Shown here in pieces: positions 28,471-40,568 of a DNA stretch of 64,000 nucleotides. Location of the stretch: positions 10,726,001 to 10,790,000 of the forward strand of contig NC_043009.1 in assembly GCF_006345805.1 (NCBI RefSeq), given 5' to 3'. Below the pieces are notes generated by a model. The model made no database searches, was not told the origin of the DNA, and saw only the letters and a program-made list of their open reading frames with translations. The translations under genes and the position numbers were made by a program. The first letter of the stretch is position 1. The number at the start of each line of letters is the position of its first letter. The DNA is from Octopus sinensis (taxonomy: Eukaryota).

Positions 28471-28851
28471 GGCGCAATGGCCAAATGTTCAGGGCAGCGG
28501 ACTCGCAGTCGTGGGATCGCAGTTTCGATTCCCAGCCCGGGCATTGTGAGTGTTTATGTAGCGGAAACACCTTAAGCTCCACGAGGCTCCGGCAGGGGAG
28601 CGAGTAACGAACCCTGCTGTGCTCTTTCACCATATTTTTTTCTAACGCTTTCTACCTGTTTGTGTTGTACCTATATTTCAAAGGGCCACCGTTGTCACAC
28701 ACTCTGTCACGCTGAATCTTCCCGAGAACTACGTTAAGGATAGACGTGTCTATTAAGTGGTCAGCCTCTTACACGTTAATATCGCGAGCAGGCTGTTCCG
28801 TTGATCGGATCAAATGGAACCCTCGTCGTCGTCGTAACCGACAGAGTGCCA
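28471..28851 (+). mobile_element. tRNA-derived SINE, family C
   Basis: GGCGCAATGGCC..GTTTCGATTCCC head (A/B-box like); tail tatttcaaagggcc..ccgttgatcggatc..aaccgac.gagtgcca shared with 48857-49173. Confidence 0.8.
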
Positions 28852-28892
28852 CGATATATATATATTATATATATATATACATATATATACAT

Positions 28893-28933
<41 letters not shown>

Positions 28934-29020
28934 CATAAACAATTGCAGCGTGGATGGTGTTTTATAAGCCATTTAAAAAGCACACAAAAACCGTTAGATT
29001 CACTTCAATATTTAATTGAA

Positions 29021-29069
29021 TTCTCAAAATATTTTCGTCGCTTTGAGACCGCGACCTGTTCACTGAAAA
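29021..29069 (-). ncRNA. Minimal type I hammerhead motif with G3-C8 swapped core
   Basis: Minus strand TTTTCA GTGAACA G GTCGC-GGTCTCAAA-GCGAC GAAA ATATT T TGAGAA: 6-bp helix I, 5-bp helix II, palindromic AATATT helix III. Confidence 0.6.
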
Positions 29070-29091
29070 AATTGAGTGTGTGTATATAATA

Positions 29092-29519
29092 TATTCTTTT
29101 ACTTGTTTCAGTCATTTGACTGCGGCCATGCTGAGCACACCGCCTTTAATCGAGCAACTCGACCCCGGACTTATCTTTTATAAGCCCAGTACTTATTCTA
29201 TCGGTCTCTTTTGCCGACCGCTAAGTTACGGGGACATAAACACACCAGCATCGGTTGTCAAGCAATGCTAGGGGGACAAACACAGACACACAAACACACA
29301 CACGCATATATATATATATATAATATATATATATTATAATAATATATATACATATACGACGGGCTTCTTTCAGTTTCCGTCTACCAAATCGACTCACAAG
29401 GCTTTGGTCGGCCCGAGGCTATAGTAGAAGACACTTGCCCAAGATGCCACGCAGTGGGACTGAACCCGGAACTATGTGGTTGGTAAACAAGCTACTTACC
29501 ACACAGCCACTCCTGCGCC
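29092..29519 (-). mobile_element. SINE family A, full length
   Basis: Colinear with the other family A copies. Confidence 0.92.
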
Positions 29520-29732
29520 TGTATTAATATATATATATAATATAATATATATATATATTATAACATATATATAATATATATAATACATATATAACATATA
29601 CATAATATATATATAATATATATAATACATATATAACATATATATAATATATATATAATATATATATACAATATATATATAATATATATAATATATATAT
29701 AACATATATAATATATATATAATATATATATA

Positions 29733-29763
<31 letters not shown>

Positions 29764-29882
29764 GTATGTATATATATATATACCTAAATCTCTCTATTTG
29801 CTTATCAATGCAAATGTGTTTAATTTAAAAATGAAACTTATACAAATTGTATGACTATGTTTACATACACACGTGCATATAA

Positions 29883-29921
<39 letters not shown>

Positions 29922-29960
29922 CCCCACTCTCTCCCCCTCTATCGTTAAATATTTTTCATA

Positions 29961-30748
29961 CAGGCTGGCGTTCGAAAAAGTAGCCTTGTTTCCGTAGCGT
30001 AGTGTTACAGGAATATATTTATACACACGAGAAAGCATCTAACTTTTTTGTTTGCAAGCGTCTTTGTGTTATTTCGACCGCTAGTGAACTCTGAACAAAT
30101 ATGGCGCATTAGTTACTTGTTTGCTACGTTATCCTCACTACATTAGTTGATTGTAATATTGTAAGATTGTATTGAGTGAACATCTGTAGTCTTTTCAGCA
30201 AAATAAGGTACTCAATAACGGAAAGAGTGGAGATCGTGGAAACGTATGTGGGAACGGGTTCCGTTAAGCAAACACGTGGAATTTTTGGAGTCAAGTTTCC
30301 GGTTAAAGGCTTACCTAAAGAGAATTATAAATGTTCGTTAAGAAGTGGCGTGCTACGGGGTCAGTGCACAACGTCCCCAAACAGAAAGACGCTGCAGTTC
30401 GAACGCCGGAAGTTATTTAGGATATTCGCCAAAGAATTACTTGAAGTCCAAAGAAATCAACGTATAAGTAGGCGCAGCAGTCTCACATATGCAAGATGTC
30501 ATGCCAGTGGGTGTTGAAAAGTCTGAACTTGAAACCGTATCATTACATATGTCTACAGCAATTAAAAGTGGATGACCGAAGGAAACTAGTAAATTGCTGT
30601 GCATGACTTCAGAATAGTAGTTACAAGCGGTCGAAATAATACAATGCCACTTGCAAGCAAAAGACTCAGTGCTTTTTGTGTATGTAAATTTATCTTTGTT
30701 TTTACAGTTTGCTACGGAAGCCGGCCTACTTTTTCGTGCATCACCTTG
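29961..30748 (+). mobile_element. Internally deleted Tc1/mariner-superfamily DNA transposon (N-terminal HTH remnant)
   Basis: TA flanks; degenerate TIRs CAGGCTGGCGTTCGAAAAAGTAGCC / reverse complement CAAGGTGATGCACGAAAAAGTAGGCC; YSITERVEIVETYVGTGSVKQTRGIFGVKFP then, after a frameshift, KKWRATGSVHNVPK..VRTPE..DIRQRI.SPKKST..LNLKPYH..QQLK.DDRRK with stops; no DDD domain. Confidence 0.8.
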
Positions 30749-31697
30749 TATATGCGTGTCTGAATGTATGTGTTTGTGTGTGTCCCTTAAAAGGACAATC
30801 TCTCGAACGAATTTGCTCAATTTTCGTCTATAATACTTCACTCTTTAATACCCGTATACTGCTTAAGGTGTTGCTCAGTGGGGGATTGAAACCGAAAACA
30901 TCTAGATACAGAGAGAATACTTATGTCTCCTCCCAATGAAACGATTTGTAATTAGCATGCAAGTTAATGAAAAAGCTCTTTTATCATAAAGAGAAAACGC
31001 TGAACACAGACGTGAGTTAAAATCCCATTATAACTATTAAGACGAATCAGCAATAGGGTGTCTCTGGGTTGTTTGAACTTCAAGAAATGGCTGCCAAATC
31101 TCCTTCAAATTATTCCAGTCTATTGTGTTTGGTTTAGAGGCATAATTTTTTCCGCCTAAGCGAAAGTTGTATTCATTGTAATTTCCCCCATGTTTACTCC
31201 ACCAAGTAAGCAGTTGACTTCACAGCCACATGGCTCCGCGTCCAGTCCCACTGTTTCATACAAAATCACACATATTTGGGCATGTGCTGTGGTTTGCTGT
31301 GATGCTCTTATGGTTACTGTATTCAAAGTGCTTTGCGTAGGATGTGTGCAGTGCCCAATAGTGCGATTTTCTGTATGTTACTTTTTGTAGCAAGAGCATT
31401 CAGTCCTGTTCAGTCCCTTATATTTCATGCCATTAAACGATATATTCTATCAATTTATATTTCGTTTCATCTGACATTGAATATATCACACCGCTGTTAA
31501 ATAGGCCGAACCACAAAGAAGCCAGTAACAGGAGGTATTCTTTCAACTAAGAACACAAACTGGTCAGAAAAGGTATTGCTAAAATTTAATAAATCGTTCA
31601 AAATTTTAACAAATCCGCTCATCCACTGTATTGCACTTCCTTTTAAAAACATTAATTTTACAACCCTGTACTTGGGTAAATTTAGCGTCTAATCTTA

Positions 31698-32236
31698 TTT
31701 CTTTACTACCCACAAGGAGCTAAACATAGAGGGGACAAACAAGGACAGACAAACGGATTAAGTCGATTACATCGACCTCAGTGCATAACTGGTACTTATT
31801 TAATCGACCCCGAAAGGATGAAAGGCAAAGTCGACCTCGGCGGAATTAGGACGCAGAACCTAAAGACACACAAAATACCCATTTCTTTACTACCCACAAG
31901 GGGTTAAACACAGAGAGGACAAACAAGGACAGAAAAATAGATTAAGTCGATTACATCGACCCCAGTGCGTAACTGGACTTAATGTATCGACCCCGAAAGG
32001 ATGAAAGGCAAAGTTGACCTCGGCGGAATTTGAACTCAGAACGTAACGGCAGACGAAATACCGCTAAGCATTTCGCCCGGCGTGCTAACGTTTCTGCCAG
32101 CTCGCCGCCTTATAACGTCTAATCTGCTGCATGAAATTGTACAGAGTCGATTATATCGACCCCAGTGCATAACTGGTAGTTAATTTATCGACCCTGAAAG
32201 GATGAAAGGCAAAGTCGACTTCGACGGAATTTGAAT
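31698..32236 (-). mobile_element. Three adjacent SINE family B copies (partial, full, partial)
   Basis: Copies at ~31698-31878, ~31880-32111 and ~32145-32236; CGTCTAATCT at 31686 and 32116 brackets the first two. Confidence 0.9.
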
Positions 32237-33538
32237 ATGTCCTGTCACCAGACTTGCAGGAATTGCAATGGGATTCGAGAATATCTAAGAAAACAAGATT
32301 ACTTTCATCTTACGGCTGCACATATATGGAACTAACGACTTTATTTTTCTACTATGTCACTGAAGACTATTTTTGAACACATACATTTAGCCTTGCTCGA
32401 TGCATTAACGATACTTTTGAAAACTTCCGGCATTAAATATTCTAAAACCTAATTAAATATTATTCAGTGTTCTGCAATTTTCTTTCCTCAGACTTTTGTA
32501 CATTACAAGTTTCTCTAGGGAAGCTTTATCATTAATTATATGTATCTTGTCTTAATTAGAAAGTTATAATTTAAATGGTTTGTATATTGGGTTTAGCGCA
32601 CAAACATACTTACACACAGACATTGATTGTTGTATACAAGAATGTTATGCCTAAACGTATGTAGGTCTTTATTTTAGTATTTATGGATATATATTCCTTA
32701 TTGATTTATTTGAAACATTCACGAAAGAAATACGGTCAATATGTATGTATATACGTATGTTTTTGTATGTATGTGTATGTATGTATGTATGTATGTATGT
32801 ATGTATGTATGTATGTATGTATGTATGTATATGTGTATGTATGTATGCATGCATGCATGTATGTTCGGTCTTTTCAACTTTTAATTACTTGAAATTTTCC
32901 TGCAAGGAAGGCGCTGATTTCTAACAAAGATACAAGACTTTATCGTCGGAATGCAGATAATGAAAACAAATTTAGATATTCTCATAATCGTTTCTGCATT
33001 GATTTCGTTTCGCCTGGCTGTGAGATATATTAAGTTTTTGTAACTTATATAAAAAGGCTTCTCTCCGGACGGAAACAAACAACTTCTGGCGTTTAAGCAA
33101 CGCTGGTACTGTTAAGCATGTGGTATTTACAATGCTCACATTACACAGCTGCTCCTATTGCACAATCTGAATGTATACTCCTAATGAGATGCAATTGAAG
33201 ACCAGCAGATAGTTTATACACTGTCTGTATATTCTTCAGTCTTGCGATTTCGATCTCGCAATACAGCAAAATACAGTACTTGGTAATCTCGCGATCACTT
33301 CTAATGATTTCATTTTCCTAGCACTAGAATATAATGAGATTTTAACATACGATAGGCATTTAAAGGGATTACTTCTCGGTCGAAAAACCGCAGGTGCTAG
33401 AGTTTAACGAATCCACTTACGTTCAGTTTGTGGTTTTGATAGTATTTTCCTTATAGAACTTCATCAATCATATATACACATATTTACTGCATAATGCTGC
33501 AATTCCACAATTACAATTGAATAAAATAAATCAGTCCA

Positions 33539-35830
33539 ATGAAACCCGAGACACAGGAGAAACCCAAGGTAATCAACCTCTCCCACTTATACTTATCCAA
33601 CATTAAGATAGACATCCTCTCCAAAGGACTCCAATTCACACCGACACCCCGCAGAGCCAATCGATGTGGACGTAAAGACAGTGTCTCAGAGTTCTGCAGG
33701 AAATTAAGATTTGCTGAGGCACCGACCGACTTTGATGATCATGATGAATCAATGGTCAAGAACAAAAGCAAATATACACCTCCCACCAAAGAAAGAAACA
33801 AAAGCTTTGATGAATTTTGCAAACACATCGAACACTTTCCCTATCACACCCTGCACAAACAAAAACCACTCCAAACCTCAACAAAATCCAATGGAAAGAA
33901 ATTAAGGAACTACAAAACAATAAAGAAATTACATTCAAAGAAGGGGACAAAGGCAGCGCAGTGGTAATTATGGACACATCCTACTACAGAAATCTAGCCA
34001 TATCCTTACTAAAGAACAATGAATATTATGAAGAGATAAATTACTACAACCCCTCAAAATAATGAAAAACCTCTCCTCACTAATACATACCCACGGGAAA
34101 GTCCTCACAAAAAAGGAAGTAGATTTCCTAACAAATTTCAAATACAAACCCAGCCTTTTCTATGGTCTCCCCAAAACCCACAAAAGCCCAACCATCAATG
34201 AAGCCATCAACAACTCACCACATACATCCATACATACATACATACACATACATACATACATACATACATACATACATACATACACCAACTCCAGGTGACC
34301 TACAATTACGACCTATCATAGCTGGCCCATCCTGTGAGACACACGGGACATTCTCTTGAAGCCATATCTAAAACAAATTAGAAATTACATCAGAGATGAT
34401 TTAGACATGCTGAACCATCTCCCAGAACAGATCGGGGAAGAATCTCTCATGGTCTCCTTCGATGTTACAAGCCTATACTCCAACATTCCACATGATTATG
34501 GAATGGAAGCGATTCATTTCTGGCTAGAACTACATCCAGAAGAAATACCAGAACGAATAAACAAAACTTTCATCATTGAATCAATTAAATAATAATCATT
34601 TCATTTTTGACACCAACTGCTACTGCCAAATTTCGGGAATTGCGATAGGCACGAGAGCAGCATCTACCATTGGCAACCTCACAATGGGATTCATGGAGAA
34701 AAAAATTTATCAGAATTCACTGCGAAAATTTGGAGACCCTCTCACCCAATACATTAAAGGGAGTTGGAAGAGATTCCTGGATGACTGTTTCATACTCTGG
34801 AATAACAACTTCAAACAAACTCCTAGAATTTAAAACACTTTTGAACAGCATCCACACAAGCATTCAATTCACAATGGAATACAACCAGGAGGCACTTCCA
34901 TTCCTAGACATTCTAATTAAAAAAGCAAACAACAAAATCGAAACAGACATATTTTATAAAACAACAGATGCAAAACAATACCTTCTCTTTAGCTCTTTAA
35001 CTCTTGACACACAAAAACAAACATCCCCTTCAACCTTGACAGAAGAATCTGCAATATTGTCTCAGAGAAAAAAAAACTTAGAGATTTAAGACTAAAAGAA
35101 CTGTAAAACGTCCTCCTGGATAGACACTACCCAATCTAACTTATTAATGAAGGAATAAAACTGCCAAATCTATCAACAACGAAACATTCAGAAAAACCAA
35201 AGACATTAACAAACCTCTCCTTAAAGCACTACCCTACATTCCCACATACAACCCCAGAAACAAAGAAGCATTCAGCACAAACCCTACCAATACTACACAA
35301 GGACCCAAAACGAAAAAGAATTTTACGTGACATTAAAATTGTCAAAAGCAACAAACAACCTGAGTCATTAAAGAAACTGCTAACTAATGCAAATTTATTC
35401 CCCTCCATAACATGCCCCAAAGCAAAAGAAAATGTAATTACCCCAACTGTGGCACATGCCCCGACCTTTTGGAAGGGCCAGAATACTATTTTAAACAAGG
35501 GCAACACTTTATAATTAAATCAAATTTCACTTGTGCATCCGAAAATCTGATCTACGTAATCAGATGCTCGGGCTGCCAGAAAGACTATATCGGTAGCTCG
35601 AGGAATTCTATCCGTCAACGTTGTACAGTGCATCGTCAACAGATAGCCTCACCACAAACCGCCAAATTTATCGCAATAAACATATCGACGTATGTATGAA
35701 ATAAATACAATCTAAATTCAATATTTTCCCTCTACATAAATTTGCTGACTGGACTCCTACACAAGCGCCACTCAATAAAGAGACATATTTCATCCCAAAA
35801 GACAAACCTGAACTTAACATTAGTTCATTA
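33539..35830 (+). pseudogene. Penelope-like retrotransposon, near-complete RT + GIY-YIG ORF, frameshifted
   Basis: Ordered motifs VINLS..LSKGLQFTPTP, EGDKGSAVVIMD, FYGLPKTHKS, LRPIIAGPSCETH, SFDVTSLYSNIPH, QISGIAIGTR, WKRFLDDCF, IQFTME..LPFLDILI, CPDL, NLIYVIRCSGCQKDYIG..IRQR..HR. Confidence 0.95.
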
Positions 35831-36055
35831 TTGTCACTTAATTACTTGACTCCTGGACACCCATTCATATCCAAACTTGAGTCATGAGAGGTCCGGCATG
35901 ACTCTCCTGGAGAAAGCGTTCATATCTTTGCAATTCCTTTGTCGTTCATTTTCTATTGGGCTGATATATTAAATTCGGTTGTGGAATTGCAACATATACA
36001 AAAAAGTTATATATGTATGCCAACCACAACTTTTAGTTATAAATTACTGTTCATA

Positions 36056-36103
<48 letters not shown>

Positions 36104-36485
36104 TATATATATGTGTGTGTGGTGTTGTATATATACATACATATATATATATTGGCCTGCTCGCTTCGTATTGTTTTAACTTGATGGTTAAAACAATGCG
36201 AAGTGCATTGTGACCAGCGATGTGTAGCAACATCCGATAGCCTGGTCAGTCATGTGATCATGTGATATATATATATATTATATATATATGAAAGAATGGA
36301 GTTGAGCGACGAATTAACAAAATTCCTTTATTTTCGACATATATATTTATATATTTAAAAAAAAAACATACAAATTTCCACACGAAAGCACGTAACTTCA
36401 TCCGTGTCTTCTCTGATGTGAATTTTCTACCCAGGTATCGGTTAACCGAATTATTCATAACAAGATAATTCATTCAACTACTCAA

Positions 36486-36518
<33 letters not shown>

Positions 36519-36574
36519 ATATATATATATTTATCTGTGTGTTTATGTGTGCGTGCGTGTGGGTGTCTTCGTGT

Positions 36575-36745
36575 CTGTGTTTGTCTTCCACTCACGTGTT
36601 GGTGTGTTTTATGTCCCTGTAACTTAGCAGTTCAGCAAAAACCGATAGATTAAGTACCGGGATTAATAAATGATAAGTACTAGAGTCAATTCATTCGACT
36701 AAAAAGTCTTGGTGGTGTTGCCCTAGCATGAAACAAGTAGAAGAT
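36575..36745 (+). mobile_element. SINE family A, 3' half, diverged
   Basis: gtccctgtaacttagcagttcagcaaaa..ccgatagattaagtacc..cagcatg-like block. Confidence 0.7.
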
Positions 36746-37084
36746 AAAAAGTAAGACATACAAACATATACGTACACTCACACACGCACATGCGAGCACA
36801 AACACATAGACAAACGCATGAATACGCACGCACACACACACACACAACACACACACATACACACACGCATAAAACACACGCACGTAGTACACACACGCAC
36901 GCACACACACACACAGCCAAAATGGCTCAGACGAAAGTAGTATTAATTTTCCCAGGTCGTTCAATTTGCCTCGATTGATCAATAGACCAATTTATTAAAG
37001 TAATATACTTATAGTGACTACTGGGAACAGCTGTAAGCCCAATTTGCTCCAATAAAGTAATGACCATTATGTTAAACTTGTTTC

Positions 37085-37116
<32 letters not shown>

Positions 37117-37500
37117 TATATATATATAATTATATATATATACTTCTAATATAAGTATAAAAATTTTCTAAAAAATCTTATCAGTGGCTAGCATATTAAA
37201 ATACCCTTTATGGTGAAAATTATCAAGAATTATAAATAAGGGCACAAGAAAAATATAATATATATACATAATAAAGGCACAAGAAAAATAAAATATATAT
37301 ATAATTTGAAAATTCCACTAGAATGGACGAAGGCGCTTATATTTGATATGTGATATATGATATATGATGTATAAAAACATTTAATATACAAATAAATATC
37401 TGTAAATATAAAACCATCCGAATTTCTGAGTACCTCATTTCTTCTAATATAAAATACCTGTACATCATCTCCAAACCTTCTAACATATATATATATATAT

Positions 37501-37531
<31 letters not shown>

Positions 37532-37545
37532 CATGCATACACACA

Positions 37546-37634
<89 letters not shown>

Positions 37635-37741
37635 CACATATATATATATATATAAAATTAATTAATTAATTAACAATTAATAATTATACCAAGTAGTTCG
37701 GCATGTTAAAAGAACAATTATCGGTCAACTTAAACATAAAT

Positions 37742-38047
37742 TCTTATAATTATGAGTATAATTATAATTAGGGTTCAGCAGAAAATTTGCTTCACCACAT
37801 TTCGAAATTTAGAAATAGCAGCCAAAATTAGCTATTTCTCTACCATAAGAAAATCGCGCAGACATCAATACTCAACAACCCACGTAGGCAGCCCTCTTTG
37901 CCTACGTAGGTTGTTGAGAATTGATGTCTGCGCGATTTTCTTATGGTAGAGAAATAGCTAGTTTTGGCTGCTATTTCTAAATTTCGGAATGTGGTGAAGC
38001 AAATATTTTGCTGAACTGTATTTATTATCATACTCATAATTATAAGA
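37742..38047. repeat. Fold-back palindrome with ~149-bp imperfect arms and an 8-nt loop (37891-37898)
   Basis: Left arm 37742-37890 and right arm 37899-38047 are reverse complements with scattered mismatches; the supplied ORFs at 37752(+) and 37840-38037(-) are near-identical. Confidence 0.95.
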
Positions 38048-38097
38048 TTATAATATATATATATATATTATATATATATAATATTATAATATTAATG

Positions 38098-38141
<44 letters not shown>

Positions 38142-38439
38142 CACTGAATATCTTTTACGTCTTCTCTCCAGGAATAGAACCTCATCTCTTTTAGTTTCTT
38201 CCAGATGTCCATCTATTGCACTGAAAGAAATTTTAAATATATAGTGGCGTTAGATTGCCTCGAATTCCATCTTTAATTGGACGCTGTGTGGTGACTATAA
38301 TTGGGGAAATAATAAGTGATTGAACACGAATGATCTCCGCAAGAGCAACACAACCAGTCAGTCGATTGCTCATTGACGCCATCTTAGTAATATGCACATG
38401 GAACGATTCGCCGACGCTTCCTCTGGCATTGCAATACAT

Positions 38440-39020
38440 GCTAGTCTTTCATATACGAATTGCAGTCTGTTTGTGGAGCGGTAGCGGAGTGCTTGAAATT
38501 TATCAACATTGAGTAGCATATTGTTTTTATTAGAGCATATATTGCATTCAAATCTTTATATAGTTTTGAGGTATCTTCAGGGTCCTTGACTGCGTGTGAT
38601 ACGTTTGCGTTATCAGCACAGCTCGTAAGTGTAGCTAAGAGTATGAATGATGGTAGGTCTAACAGCGCCCCAACAAGTAGCAGGGTTCACAGATCACTTC
38701 TCCGAGAGATCCCCCGGAATATTTATGTCTCGTCAGAGAGAGAATGCCATTGACTACTATTGCTTAACTCCTACCTCTTGAAAAAAAACATGCCCCCTAT
38801 TCCTCTAGTTTACCAATGATACTGCAGAAACGCAGTTTGTGCCATATCATTCCGTGATAAACTCTCATGAAGGCGTTGATAAAATCGAGGTATATCACAT
38901 CCACACTTTAACAGCACAGCTACAATCTCAGAAGCCAGCCATAATGCCGTAGTAGTTGTGCGAGGCAGCTTGTTCCTGGACAGAAGCCATGTTGCGTCTT
39001 AGTGAGCAAGCCACTATTCA
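38440..39020 (-). pseudogene. CR1/L2-type LINE reverse transcriptase fragment
   Basis: Minus strand LLTKTQHGFCPGTSCLAQLL, VDVIYLDFINAF.RVYHG..WHKL, IVVNG, DLPS..ATLTSCADN (YADD equivalent), KDLNAI..NNMLLNVDKFQALRY; stops and frameshifts present. Confidence 0.88.
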
Positions 39021-39121
39021 TAACACTCTATACATACACACACATGCACACACACATACATACATACATACATACACACAGATAGACATACACACACACG
39101 CGCGCGCACACACACACACGC

Positions 39122-39207
<86 letters not shown>

Positions 39208-39771
39208 TGAAATAGATATTGGCGAGCTCGGTTATGTTTACTCGAAAATACTTGGATTTTCAAGCAAAGAAAGTGCCCAGCTTATTCGACACTATACAAA
39301 TAGTATTTGGAAATAAACTAGTAAACAAGATTTTTGTTAAGTCCTCATGTAACAACGTAATTTTTAACTATATTTTAGTCATAGAAGTTTGTTTCTTTGG
39401 TAGAAGGTAGTTCATCTTTGCAAAAAAAAAAAGTATATATATATTTAACTATTTATAAAAACAATAAATCGATACATATACAGGTAGACACACACGTACA
39501 CACACGCACACATACACATATGTAATTCGCATATGTATATACATATGCATTGATTGTATATATATATATATATTTGTATTTTCATGTTTGGATTAACTTT
39601 ATATATATGCATATATACATACACACACACGCATACATATATCCGTCCATTCATACACACATACAAAAATACTCGGTTGATGTTGAAATTCCAATGAAGG
39701 AGCCTTGAATCTAGGTTAGAAACCGGCTCTTTCTCTATTTGCAACAAATCTTGAAATAAAATTGAATAATG

Positions 39772-39820
<49 letters not shown>

Positions 39821-40351
39821 AATATTTGTATGGAGAGAAAGGTTGAGAGAAGTAAGTGTGACAGATATATTGAGTGTGAAGTAGGAACCCTTGCGTTTGC
39901 TGTATTTTATGACTAGCAAGAGGACATTCAACAAATATCAATATATCAATATTATAAGCGGACAACGTATGAAAAAAATCTCTTTAGAAAGTGAAAGACG
40001 AACATGAAAGTATGAATTCGTTACGAAGAATTTTATGCGGCAGCATAACAATGTAACAGACACATGGGGGCCAGCATAAAGCATAATTGTCTTGATTTGG
40101 ACACTAACACTGTGCATGGTTTCATTATAACAATTTATGATTTGCAGCATTGGTACCAGCACACACAATTGGATGAGAAATATAATTGATTAAATCGACT
40201 CCAGTGTTTGTCTGATACTATATTCTGTCACTCCCGGAAGCATGCGAGGCAAAGGTGAAGTTTATACATTAGTGGTGTGTAATATCGTCAGAAGGCTACG
40301 TAGTGTGTAGAATGAGCTTAATTAGCTAAATCAGTTTCATTGTTAAATGGT

Positions 40352-40568
40352 AAGGTGGGGAGCTGGCATTACCGTTAGCACACCGAGCAAAATGCGTAGC
40401 AATATTTCGTCCATCTTTATGTTCTGAGTTCAAATTATGACGAGATCGACATTGCCTTACATCCTTTCGAGGTTCAGGAAATAAGTACTAGTTACGCACT
40501 GGGTTCGATGTAATCGATTATCTCCCCCCTCGAGGTTTCATGCCCTGTGCCCATAGTAGAAAGGATTG
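40352..40568 (+). mobile_element. SINE family B, diverged, + orientation
   Basis: aaggtggggagctggca..gttctgagttcaaatt..gccttacatcctttcgagg..gggttcgatgtaatcga. Confidence 0.85.

Noticed and set aside
35845-35925. Hairpin GAGTCATG/CATGACTC and repeated CTCCTGGA..TTCATATC after the PLE as a ribozyme
   Set aside because: TGACTC/GAGTCA could be a helix I, but the core needs too many corrections; not supportable.
38700-38740. Minus-strand CTGACGA as a hammerhead core
   Set aside because: No GAAA or helices; it lies inside CR1-type RT coding remnant.
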